Shown: one piece after another, positions 30,501 to 44,000 of the stretch
Numbering within the stretch: the stretch's first letter is position 1
Layout: each line of letters begins with the position of its first letter
From: Hormiphora californensis
Taxonomy: Eukaryota; Animalia; Ctenophora
Direction: 5' to 3'
Length of the DNA stretch: 64,000 nucleotides
NCBI GenBank assembly: GCA_020137815.1
Contig: CM035362.1
Coordinates: 372,001-436,000, forward strand
Translations under genes and position numbers: made by a program
Notes under the pieces: generated by a model
Databases searched by the model: none
Told to the model about the DNA's origin: nothing
The model's input: the letters and a program-made list of their open reading frames with translations, nothing else

Positions 30501-33500
30501 CACACACATAAAATACAAGCAGTTTCATTTTGAGAAAGTTTTTACATGCAATTGTCAAGACTTCAATACATCAAGTATCAATACTTCAGTCCGCACACAT
30601 TCAGTAGCTCTAAGATAATGTCAGTGAGATCTGTTTCGTCTCTTTGAGCTCTCAGATCTTCGTCTACTACTGAAACTCTGAGATGATCAGATCTTCCTCT
30701 ACTGTAGCTCTAAGATCTGCTTCGTCTGCAAAAAGTGGAAATCTGCTTCGTCTACTGTAGCTCGGGAACATTTTCCTCAAACTCTCCCATAACATTCCCG
30801 GCAGGATAGTACTGGCAGCAAGTGTAGATCCAGCCGCTAGCATTCTCAGAGGCATCAGTGACTGAACATCCCAGTTTCTGAGTTCCCTTCCATACCAGCT
30901 GGGAATGAGGTCTTGTTAGTTCACAAATATAGTGTTCTTTGAGGTGTTCGGATCTCAGAGGTATACCCGCGGGTATGGAAAAAAACACTGACAAACACTG
31001 CACCAAGGGGACAGTAATATGTTGCCTACTCTTATAATACCTGTGTGAAGTGTCCAACACTAGAGCTGTATCCAGGGTAGTTCCAGTTGTAGTTATCTAT
31101 CTCATTATACCAATCATCAACTGACTGAGCCGGTACATCACTAGCGGGAGTTCCCCAGGACACTGCCAGATTCTCACCGTACCTTGTGGGTGGGATAGGG
31201 TGTTGATTAATTATGTGAATTAATATCATTATGTGTTAGGTTGATTGATTTGATAAAAGCGGTTGTCATTGGCGTGAACCCCTTTCGGGGACCCTACGCA
31301 GATCTAGGCTATGTGTATTTTGTGGCACTAGAACTACTTCAAATTACCCAGAGGAGCTATGGTAGAAGGCGTTCTCCCTCGCGAGTTTGGAGCAGTGAGC
31401 GGCAGCGGAAGCCTGGATGGTGGTATCAATATTTAGGGCGGGTGATCCGTGTAGAGCTCTGTATTGGTTGGTTCGTATCAGTATCTCCACCTCTACCGCC
31501 CCCCTTTTGACAATTGCCTCGGTAGGGGTTGTTGAGTAAGGACTGGTTGTTGATGAGGAAGGTGTTGAGGTGCTTGTCTCCTCCTCCCTTTTGACAATTG
31601 CCTCGGTAGGGGTTGTTGAGTAAGGACTGGTTGTTGATGAGGAAGGTGTTGAGGTGCTTGTCTCCTCCTCCCTTTTGACAATTGCCTCGGTAGGGGTTGT
31701 TGAGTAAGGACTGGTTGTTGATGAGGAAGGTGTTGAGGTGCTTGTCTCCTCCTCCCTTTTGACAATTGCCTCGGTAGGGGTTGTTGAGTAAGGACTGGTT
31801 GTTGATGAGGAAGGTGTTGAGGTGCTTGTCTCCTCCTCCCTTTTGACAATTGCCTCGGTAGGGGTTGTTGAGTAAGGACTGGTTGTTGATGAGGAAGGTG
31901 TTGAGGTGCTTGTCTCCTCCTCCCTTTTGACAATGGCCTCGGTAGGGGTTGTTGAGTAAGGGCTGGTTGTTGATGAGTAAGAGGTTGAGGAAGAGGTGCT
32001 TGTCTCCTCCTCCCTTTTGACCTTTGCGTGACAAGGGGTTGATGTGGAGGAAGGGCTGGTTGTCCCTTCCTCCCTTTTAGGGAGGCCAAATGGCGACCTC
32101 GCCACCACACACCTAGAAGGGGAGTCGGGGAGTATTAATTACGACCAACCAACATATACTAGTAAAATATCAGGGCACATTCAGTAGATATGATAGTTTT
32201 TACTTACCCAACCAGTACTAAAACTATGAGAGTTGTTCGGAACATTTCAATTTAGTGATTTGAGTTTAGAACACAGTCAAACAGTTTTTGGATTAATTCT
32301 CAAGTTTATATTACGGGTTTTTATAGTTTACCACCGGGTACTTGTTTAGACACCCACCATTGTTTACAACCTTCTTGGGCGTAGTAGCCCCCGTCTACAG
32401 CCTATTAGAATAAGGTGGTCTACCGGCACTGTCGTGTTTAGCAATATACAAGGGCTTACAATCAAATGCAAAGGGTCCGGTGGAGCCTGGAGGTCATTTT
32501 TGTAGAGGTGTGGAGATGAAGAAGAATATGAACAATGGCCGTCAGTACGTACTACGTACTGCAGTGGTAAAGCATTTTAACATAAAAAGTCTGGCTTACA
32601 ACATGATATTCATGTCTATATTTCTCACCTCGGCTGGAGCTTCCCAGTTAAAATTTCTATTATTCTGACATGAATAGACTGGGTAAGAATTGTACTTAGT
32701 AGGTCCTACTGAGTAGGTCTATATGATCACTTTATCATTGTTAATCTGGCAGCCCTACCTCATGGAATCATTTGATCTGGTATCTTCACTTTAGACTTCT
32801 TTAGACTGAACAAGGAATTATTCCTAGTTGAGTATCATGTTGGACGGGGACTGTAAAATTATTCTTGTCCACTTGCTAAATCTTAATCCACCTATGAAGT
32901 GGGATTCTAGCTCTCTGAGGAGTGAGGGCTTGTGTCTGCCCAGAGGGAGGGAGGGCGAAGGAGAACGTTAGTGGTTCACATGCTAGTATTCCATGAATCT
33001 TCCACCTTAATCACTCCCACACATCTTCAAATATTATTGTAGGAGTTTCGAAACATGTCAGAAATCAGAAACTTATAACCCACAGTAAGGGAGGTTCAAG
33101 CAAAACAACCCCTTGGTCAACTGGCACCCCTTTAATATATCACCCAACTGTTCACTACCGTCTAACACAGGACATCTTTCAGATCCTGATGGGTCGATAA
33201 GCCACGGAGATGATATGCCCTATTATCTATGCAGTAAGTAACTGGGGAGAGAAGGTTTTGGGAGAAGAGTGGGGGAAGGATGGCTGGGGGAGTTTGAGAG
33301 AGAGGGGTTTAAAGGGAGGGAGGTTTATGAGAGTTCAGGGGGGTTGATGGAAAACCACATCATTTCATCATTCAGTTACTGATTATATCAGATCTCCTGC
33401 AAGATTCCTGCAGGTATATTATGTAAGTGATTTAGGGCGATTCTGCATTTAATATTTATACCCCTTTTATTTGCTGTGTGGTAGTTTGAGGACTCCGCAA

Positions 33501-34979
33501 GAGAGATCGTGAGATCGGGTAAGAGAGAGAAGGAGAGAGAGAGAGGGAGAGACTCTCTCCCTCCGAGAGAGAGAGGGAGAGGGTGAGAGAGAAAGTGAAG
33601 CCTAGGGATCATTTGCTATGCCATCCTATGCCACGTAGCACGGTTTCTGTGCTCTTCAAATTTGATCGACTCCTTGGCCCCTATTTTTTATCTTACCCTC
33701 TCTCCCGTCCTCTCTCTCGCACCCTCTCTATCTATCTATCTATCTCTTTCTCACGCCCGAACATATTTTTCTATCCCTATCCAAACACTATCACGTAGAC
33801 TCATTAAACTTGCCATAATTTGATAGCTTTTCTTTATCCTGTGTTCTCCATATATCCAAATCCCTCTCAAAGCTGTTTTGACCTTTCGATATTCTCTATT
33901 TTCACTTATTTAATTTTATTGCAATGCCGTTTGCTCAGTAATTCGAATAGTTCTGTTATACCCACGACCCTGACAGTGGATGTCAAAAGATCCTAGTTTC
34001 ACTTCCTTCTTCTGTCTTTCCCTCGTCCCTGGTAGTAGAAGCTTTACCACACTTTCCCTCGTCCCTGGTAGGGCCTGTCCAGTAATATGTGTTTCATCAT
34101 TTTATGCGTGTGCCTCCACCCTCCACGGATATATTTTAGGAAGAAACTCTGCAGATAACGACTAGCTATACCAATCTCTAGGAACATATAATGCAGACAG
34201 CAGATACTTTAAAACTTATCTAATGCAGACAGCAGATACTTTAAAACTTATCTAAATAGACATCCCTTCAGTAGTATAACCGGCCCTTTTTGTACCAGCT
34301 ATTTATCGATATGCTGTATGTTTGTTTTCTCTCTCCTCGCTAGCTGGAAGGGGTATTGCGGAAGAAATTAGAGGAATCGAACGGGAGACCGAGAGAGAGA
34401 GAGAGAGAGAGAAGGAGCATGATATAGCAGAGCTGGGTTGGGCGGATTATTATTTAGAACCCGAATACGACGTGGCAAACCTTCCATCCCTTTCTATATT
34501 TCCCTGCAAATATTTTAATATTATCCAGTCGCCCTTCTTCCACTACAGCTGCTGCAGAGAGGCCCCCATCTCTCTCCCTCTAGCTCTCTCCATAGTTATT
34601 ACATTTATCTCTCCCTCTCTCCATAGTTATTACATGTATCTCTCCCCTCTTTCTGTGTTATTGTTGTGCACGACAAACCTGAAGTCATCCAGATGTCCAA
34701 TTACCGATATTTGTGGTCCTTCCAGTTTACTGCATAGTTCTCCCTATCTATTCTTCATCTCTACCTCTACCCTGTCCTCTCTCTCTCTATTTCTAACTAT
34801 CCCTGTTAGTTATGTTCTAACCCTCCTTTAGGGTCGAACAAGTCAACCCTGCAGTAGCACGTGCTGCATATGAAAGCGTAGTACTTGACTTGAAGTGCTT
34901 TGTGTTGCAGGATAGTGCACTAATTATCACCTGGATTCAGTGTATACCTGTAGCATTCCTAATAAACAGCATTTCTCTG

Positions 34980-35070
<91 letters not shown>

Positions 35071-38000
35071 CTCTCTTCCTCTCTTCTCGTTTGCTCTCCT
35101 CGCTATAATGTCATCTCTTTCTCTAGTTCATGCTCATAGTTAATTTAAACTTGCCCAACATAGTAACCCGTCTCTAAATGCATTAAATATTCTCAAAGAG
35201 ATTTAGTCCTAATTCTATCCCAGGCTCTATATTTACCACCTCTCTTCTCTCTTCGCAACACCTCCGTTTAGCTTGCACCGACCCTCTGCGCTCCTAAAAT
35301 AATAACCCGCATGATGTGCTCCTAAAACTCTGAAATCCTTCCCCAGTATGAAGCTAACAATGCGCCGTCCCGCTGTCTACCAATACTGCTTCATTGTCAT
35401 CCTCTTCATGGCATGCCTCCTGGTTCTTCACACGAGCTACAGTGAGAACCCTCTCCACCCCAGACAGAAAGATATGGTCCTGGATCTCAATGAGCTGAAG
35501 AAGGAACTGCAAAACGGGGATTTTTGGAGGGAGCTAGTGATCAAGGAGGAGGGATAATAAACCATGTTGGAAATGGGAATGTTGGTTACCATGGTAACCA
35601 TGTTGGAATTGGGAATGTTGGTAACCATGGTAACCGTGTTGGAATTGGGAATGTTCGTAACCATGGTAACCATGTTGGAATTGGGAAGATGAGCGGTGGT
35701 GCAGGGAAGTCCAGAGACAGTAGCAAAATGGTAATCATCCTAACCCAATCAAGGCACGGGTCCACCTTCCTATTGGATGTTGTCAGCTACCCAGACACAT
35801 CCATCCCTGTTTTTGAACCTCTCAACACCGACTTTCTCAAGATGTACTCTTCAGACCCGGAAGTGCGAGCTGAGCTGAAGGAGACCAAGTACATCAGTAG
35901 GGAGAAGAACGGAGATTGGAGGTCCAAGATCCTGGCCGAGTTGTGTAGGTGTACTTTTGGTGGTGCTGGGTTGTTGAAAGTGGAGGGTCCAGAGAAGGGT
36001 CAGGTATGGCAGGCTGGTATTCCAGGGTTCGGGTACAAAAGTAAGTACCTCAAAGTGAAAATAAAACAGAATGAAGAACGAGACAAGTGTAGGAATGTTA
36101 GAGACTCTTACATCGTTGCCAAGACCATACGACTCTACAACATTACCGAACTAGCCGGTCTCCCCTCTTTAGGGTGTTCTGATTTCGCTGTGATACACCT
36201 TGTCCGAGATCCCAGAGCCGTTATTTACTCCAGAATGTCTACATTCCATGAATTATACGATGGTAACCTCATCCTAGGACCCCGGAAACAGGGTCCAATC
36301 TCTAACTGGGAGTCTGAAGAGATCCACACCGCTGCATCACATCTGTGCTCAACCCAACTTGATACATGGAGGGTGGGAAGTGTTGCACCTTGGTTAGAAG
36401 GCCGGTATAAACTGGTTAGATACGAGGACTTTACGAAGAATCCAGAGAGGTGGTCGAGTAACATCATGCACTGGTTGGGGAGGAGCTATAGTCGGCAGCT
36501 GGAGGAACACATCTACAACAGGACACATGTCTCAAAGGATAGGGTGCAGAACGTGGGTAATTTTGGGGTGGATAGGGATACTGGGAATATGGCGGAGAAG
36601 TGGAGGGTGAAGTTGTTGGGGTATCAGATCAAGGCGATAGAGGATGCATGTGGGGAGTTTATGAGCAGCATGGGGTATACTCTTTCATGATGTCATTGTG
36701 ACGCCATTGTGACGTCATTGTGACGTTATTATTTTGTTAGGTAAATGTTATTTCGGAATATATTTTGCTTCGAAGCAACCACTTTACTTAGAAGTTCGAT
36801 GGGGTTTGCTTGAATAATGCCTATTGTTTATTTTGCATTTTGTTTGCTTGCTCTGAAAACATGAATTCTTTTTCCTTTCTTTCCGACCAATCACATTTCC
36901 CAAATATACATCTCCTAGTAACCAGATTGGGTGAATGATGAAGTGAAGTGATGACCTCTCCATGATAATATCCCTGAAACGAGGGTGCCTGACCCTCCTA
37001 CTCCTTCTCACCGTCTACATTGTATCCTGTACCATCCAGATCAAAGTTACCCTCCCATCAGCTATCGTCCTAAACGCCCCAGCTACAATCCTCAGGAGTA
37101 TCCCGGAGAGTTGGGTGAGTGAGGAGGATAGAGAGAGGTATGAGGTGGTGAGGTTTATAACCGATATAGCTGGGATACTTCAAGAACCCACTGAGGTGAC
37201 TCAGATTCATGAGGAAGTGACTCGCGAGGAGAAGGGTGGTGGTTCAGATAATGTAATGGATCCTCCAGGGCTCACCAGGATTGAAGTCAGTGATTTCTTC
37301 AACGATATCGTCTCAGATCTAGACATCTCCCAAGATAGACCAAGACTAACAGTCCTAATGACAGAATCACGATCTGGCTCCTCCTGGCTGCTCTCCCTAC
37401 TCGGGTTCCCTTCCGACACCATGCACTTCTTTGAACCCCTCAACCTAGAGATAACAGATCGGTTCAAAGAACATTACTCCAACCTCTCCCCAACTGAAAT
37501 GCGGAGTTTGTTCCAAGCTAACAAGCTATCCCAGATCTGTAACTGTAAACTGACTGATTACTATGCGGGTGGTATGATGGGTTACATGAGGAACTACCCA
37601 GGGAGATCACATCACGGTGAGGGTGATAGGCAGCTAACTATTGAGGAAGTAATATCAGATTGTAGGAGTTCAGCTATGAGGGTTGCTAAGACGATTAGAA
37701 TGTATGACATCACAGAGTTGGAACATCTCCAAGATCTGGGGTGTATGGATTTTAAAGTGGTTCACCTGATACGTGATCCCCGGGCTGTGATGGTATCCCG
37801 CATGCTCACATTTCATGAGTTATATGATGGGAATAAGAAGTTAGGGCCCCGGGTGGAGGGTGATATGTCCCACTTCAGTGATGAGTATCTCCGGAACGCA
37901 TCCCGGACCCTCTGCCAGAATCATCTCCACAACTTGGCACACAGTAGTGATACCTGGTTGGAGGGTAGATATAAACGGGTCCGGTATGAGGATCTGGCTC

Positions 38001-41000
38001 TGGATCCGGTCCAGTCCGCTCAGGAGATATTCGAGTTCACCCGGCAACCCTGGACAAAGGAGGTGGAGCAGTATGTGTGGGAGGGAAGTCACACTAAGAC
38101 ACCCGGGGGTGGGTATGATACTAAGAAGGATACTGCCAAGGTGGCGAATGAGTGGAGGGGCAGGATTCTGGATAGACATCTGGTTGTGATAGAGGAGGAG
38201 TGTAGAGAGGTGTTTGAGATCATGGGATATCAGTTTGGGAAGACTTTATAATATAATATATAAGGTTATCAGTAAATATATAAGGTGATCAGTAAATAAT
38301 TAATGATAATAATGGGGTGCTTAATTTTTTCCCTGCCCGGGTGAATGCCCGAAGGGCATTCACCCGGGATGATGTTTTTAGCACGCACGTGCTAAAAAGA
38401 TCATTCAGGGTTTAGAAATCAGCAGATCGTGGAGTTAACTAAATGTCCGTCCGTCCGTCCACCGTTACGCATAGTAACAAAGTCTGCTCCTTCATAAAAC
38501 TTTCAGCTCACACTTTGTTGATGCAACAAAGGAAATGATTAACACGCATTGTGGTGCGCAATTACTCACTCATAACACTTCCTACTTTCACCTGAAATCA
38601 CTTTGGGTACCCTACAGCCGTACCATGACGTGGTAGCAAGTCTTCTAAGCATGAAACTACTATCACACAATAATTGTAAGTGACTGGAGTTAAGATGCGG
38701 GTAATGTAAAGTTGAAGCACTTGGTAACCAACTAGGGTCTCCTAAGTAACTGTCTTGGTTATCATAGCAACTGCCTTGGTTACCATAGCAACTGCTTTGA
38801 ATACCATAGCATCCACCCTGGATACCATAGCAACTAACATCGTATCAGCCAAAAATAGCTATTTGAGTGCAAAATTCATCGGGAAATCCAGTTTTGAAGC
38901 TTAGTCATCAATTTTACACCCATCTGGGGCAGGGAAACACCGCATTATGAATACATAATGCAATAATTCTTGTTAGAGACAAGTATTGGCTTTGTAGTTT
39001 GGATCATGTGGCACCACCTATTTCAAGAGACAAAGAGCAAAACACGTTGTTCACAAAATCACAAACTCAAAAAGTAAGACATATGTGTCTCAGACAAAAT
39101 GTGAGATACATAACACAGCTGCTACAATTATATACACACGGGGAAACATAATAATGGGGTGCTTAATTTTTTAGGAATCATATATTGCACAATGGGAATC
39201 GATGTATACTTAACAATTTATTGACGTGCGATCTTATCTCGGTTTATTAGTCTGCATGGTTACAAGCATGATATAAATTAAATTGATTTTTAAAGAGCAT
39301 AATGGTCCTATTATTATGTAATTGCATTTCTTGCTATTTCCTCAGATAGCCTGTATTCCTGTTGAGTAACAACTGTTGAGTAACAACTGTATTCTGTAAT
39401 TTAAACTGACGAGGCCCCTTTTTGGGCCGATACTATAATTCTTCATTTGTTTTTTCCTCAGAGTTTTTATGTTTAATTAACCAATCATTATAATTATGAT
39501 CAAAACAAGTGTTCTGACCTCTGGGGCCTATAAAACCTATTAAACCAGCACATCATAACCTACATTGAGACCAGAAAGCGTGTTACCATGGTAACCACTC
39601 ACTTGTTACCATGGTAACCACTCACTTGTTACCATGGTAACCACTCACTTGTTACCATGGTAACCACTCACTTGTTACCATGGTAACCCCACTAACTTGT
39701 TACCATGGTAACCACTCACTTGTTACCATGGTAACCACTAACTTGTTACCAGGGTAACCACTCACTTGTTACCATGGTAACCACTCACTTGTTACCATGG
39801 TAACCCCACTAACTTGTTACTGTTCCTTCCAGAGCTGAACTGCTACGACGAGGACAATAAAACACAGTCTGATGAGATAACTGAGGGAGCCTGTAAAGTT
39901 GGGTGTCGAGCATGTGGTGGTAATGATACGGATTCCTGTAATAGGGACAAGGATGATCCAATTACCACTAATATGTGAGTGTAATTAGGGGATAGATATA
40001 CGGAGTAATTAGTGAATAGATAAGATTAGTTAATAGTTAATGAATTTAGTGAATCGAAATAAGACTCTTAGTCAAACCCACATGAGCTCAAATAGCATGG
40101 ATTATTTCATGCTTCGTCCCTAATTACCCTCCTCCTCTTCTAGCACGATAGATACGATAGCCCCGTATACGTGCTACCACCAGGAGAATGCTGCATATGG
40201 AGCTGCTGATTGTCAGTTCAACTCCATTAAACTCAAGTGTGACGGGTGCATGGTAAGTCCAGAGAGAGAGAGAGGTAGAGATAAATGCTTCATTATCTAA
40301 TACGGGCTAGTTATTCGGGCTATCCAATAGTATCAACTTCCAGAGAAATCATCTCTGTTGAATCTATCTATGATGTTCACTAATTAACTCAATTACATTT
40401 CCAGAGGTTAAAAGTGCGCTACAACTACGCCTTGGCCTACTCCCTCACTGGGCTCTCCTTCTTCCTCTTCTCCCTTATATTTGTCCTCAAAAAGTAAGAT
40501 GTTCAAAAATCCCTCATGGTGTCTTTAGTCCTCATATTCGCAGCAGTAAGCTGTCTGGCGGCGCCAACCCAATCTGGGAGCACCGCCAGGTTTAAACAGA
40601 GGGCGCTATTGAGCGAAGGTTGAGCAAGGCATCAATTACTCCATCGCCTTCCGTCCTATAACAACCACCACCTTCCCCAGTATTATGAAGCTGTTCAAGA
40701 AGACTGCAGTGGAGGTGGTGGGTTACAACCCCTACACAGAGTTCGTACTGGGTGGCTGGGATTACACCATCAATAACAAACAGAGCGCGGAGAAGAAGAG
40801 CAAGGCTATCGTCAAGGTCGGTACTGTTCCTTCCTAATTGTGTAACCTCTGTACTGTGTTCCTCTTTAATTCTCAGACAGAGGTGACTTCACTAAACGAT
40901 ATAATGTGGTCACTGAAATTCCCAGACATACTTGTATAACCTAATTGTGTATTGTGTAACCCCTGTGTAACCCCCGTGTAACCTCTATTTTATCCTTTTA

Positions 41001-44000
41001 GAATCTTCGAGAGGAGATAGCCTCCGATCAGCAGCGGAACATAGACAGAACACAAAAGGAGAAGGTCCTCCTAATTATCCTGAGAGTGGTCACCAACTTG
41101 ATCAGCATGGGTAAGTCTCCCCCCTTCCCGGTAAGTCCCCCCTTCCCGGTAAGTCCCCCCTTCCCGATAAGTCCACCCCTTCCTGGTAAGTAGCTGCCAT
41201 CCGTTGGTATTTTTCTATCATCTCCTAGTCCACATGTTAACACCTCCCTCTCCCAAAGGTTTGGTGGCGGGCGTGGTATATCTCTACTACACAGTATACA
41301 CCAACACCAACCCTGATAAATGTTCAACAACCACCACCAACACTACCAACACACAACAAAAACGGCAACTGTAAGTCAAATCTCATGACATTTGAATTGT
41401 TCACACTTTCTTTTTATTCTAAAAACCATATGCGGGAGCACGAGCATAGTGACAGGCGACTCAACATGACATATATGCAATGACAATGAAGTGAGATGCC
41501 TTTAAATGATTTTGGTACGCTATATTATACTCTGTTTTATAATTTGTTTCCCCCTTTAGCGACACGGAGACTACAGACGAGATAAAGAAAGAGTTTAATA
41601 ATATTGTCAAGTCTTATGGACCTGCTATCATCGTATCCGCAAGGTATGAATATATTGGCTATACTCTTCCTTGAGGCAAAGTATGAGTATAGTTTCTTGA
41701 TGAGTATTCCTTGTCTATCCTATTTTCAGCAACACTTCCTAACCGGCCGAACCCCCCATTTTCAGTAATATTTTGTTCCCCGTGGTGTTCGAGTTTATAG
41801 GGAATATGGAGCGTTATCAATTCCAATCTACACGTATCAACATCACCATGCTTCGGTCTTTTGGTAGGTCAAATTATTGGTACAAGCTTAGTACTACCTA
41901 CTGTCCCTTCTTCCCCTACCCGGTCTTTTGGTAGGTCAAATTATTGGTACAAGCTTAGTACCTACTGCCCCTTCTTCCCCTACCCCTAGGACCCAGAACA
42001 GTTTTTAGAATCTTTCTAGCGCACAACTTCTGCACCAGGTATGAAGGTGTTCTCCGTTGCAAGTTACATGTACATTCTAGTGGAGAGTGTTGGATTCTCC
42101 GCGGACCCTGAAAAGGTAAACTGAATGGGTTACCATGGTTACCATGCTGGTTACCATGTTGGTTACTATGGTTACCTTTGTATGTATTAGAGCAAGACCA
42201 TCTTTGATTCAAAAAAGCATAATTATTGCAAACATTTCTGAACTTTTTCAGAAAAGTCCGTTCTGGCATGTGTCACATTTACAAAAACAAGTAACGGCGC
42301 CCGTTACACTTGTTAAAATGCTGTGCAGTTAAACTTTTCTTTTTCTTAGTCCAGTTTCTGACTTTGGCTCGAGTTTCCCCTTCGCCTACTGCAGTAGATC
42401 GTCACAAATCATGTCTATTCCTCCCTCTAACCCCAGGTCATCTCTCCCTCCTAGGTAGCCCTTGAAGCTCTGGATAACGAGACCCGACCCTACAACTGTT
42501 GGGAGAACTACATGGGAACGGAGCTCTTTAGACTTGTTGTTGTGGACTTCTTTACCTTCTGTTTCGCTCTTGTTGCTTTTGAGTGGTTTAGACGGTTCTT
42601 AGTGGATGTCAGCCGATTTGTAAAGGACAAAGCAGGTAAATATAATAATACTGAGTGTCATTATTCTTTTAGGTGTGACTCATTACATTCTTACAACTAC
42701 CCGGCCTACCTTCCTTGCTCAACCTTCTTCGAACAAAACACGGCGGCCCATCTGTAGAACGCAGCACTCACAAACACAAACAAACAAGAGAACTTCAGCA
42801 CCTGCTAAGTGAGTTCTAGCCCCCTCAATTAACTCCCCTCCCTCCTCAGGTCGAAGTGAGTTCAACATCTCTAAAGAGGTGTTAGATCTGTGTTACAAGC
42901 AAATGATATTCTGGTGCGCTCTGTACTGGTGCCCCCTCATTAGTCTTGTGGCTCTGGTGGAGATTATACTGATATTCTACATGAAGAAGTTTAGTGTTCT
43001 CAAGTGAGTATTAGGGAGAGAGAGGGGGATCAAGTGAGTATTAGGGAGAGAGAGGGGGATGGGGATCAAGTGAGTATTAGGGAGAGATATGGGGATCAAG
43101 TGAGTATTAGGGAGAGAGAGGGGGATGGGGATCAAGTGAGTATTAGGGAGAGAGAGGGGGATGGGGATCAAGTGAGTATTAGGGAGAGAGAGTGGGATCA
43201 AGTGAGTATTAGGGAGAGAGAGGGGGATCGAGTGAGTATTAGGGAGAGAGAGGGGGATCAAGTGAGTATTAGGGAGAGAGATTGGGGATCAAGTGAGTAT
43301 TAGAGAGAGAGGGGGATCAAGTGAGTATTAGGGAGAGAGATTGGGGATCAAGTGAGTATTAGGGAGAGAGAGGGGGATCAAGTGAGTATTAGGGAGAGAG
43401 AGGGGGATCAAGTGAGTATTAGAGAGAGATATGGGGATCAAGTGAGTATTAGGGAGAGATTGGGGGATCAAGTGAGTATTAGGGAGAGAGATTGGGGATC
43501 GAGTGAGTATTAGGGAGAGAGATTGGGGATCGAGTGAGTATTAGGGAAGGAGAGGGGATCAAGTGAGTATTAGGGAGGGAGATATGGGGATCAAGTGAGT
43601 ATTAGAGAGATATGGGGATTGATATTAATTGCTTGTCGTGCTTTTTGGTTTGGTTTGGTGAGAGGGATGGTCGAGCAAGGCAAATCAAAACACCCTAGAA
43701 TAAACGTTTTCAATGCAATGATTAAATGTACAATAACAACGAGTCATTTGTAAACATACACGCTCTTACCAAGACATCCCGGCTAGCAAGTGGGATCCCG
43801 ATTTCAGTCCACATAATGGACTATCCAGTAAAATTAACACAACTCTCTCTTGTCTTTACCCACACAGACGAGGGTTATTTTTCCACCAATGTAAGAAATA
43901 TCACATCCTATATATCGCATTTTCATCATGGTCTTGTTATTTTTCACCTCTCTCACAAAATCTTCACACTTGGCATAACAAGATCCGCCATAGCACCCAG

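Noticed and set aside
31426-32110. Gln/Pro-rich and Asn-rich ORFs overlapping the CAP repeat
   Set aside because: Alternative frames of the 84-bp coding repeat. Only the Ser/Thr frame joins the signal peptide and the CAP domain.
33392-33413. 22-nt candidate TMC micro-exon (CAG|ATCTCC...GCAG|GTAT)
   Set aside because: Including it shifts the frame and creates a stop in the next exon; 33233 joins 39833 in frame without it.
39581-43620. Regular repeats as CRISPR arrays
   Set aside because: Head-to-tail units with no unique spacers, a eukaryotic spliced-gene context and no cas genes.
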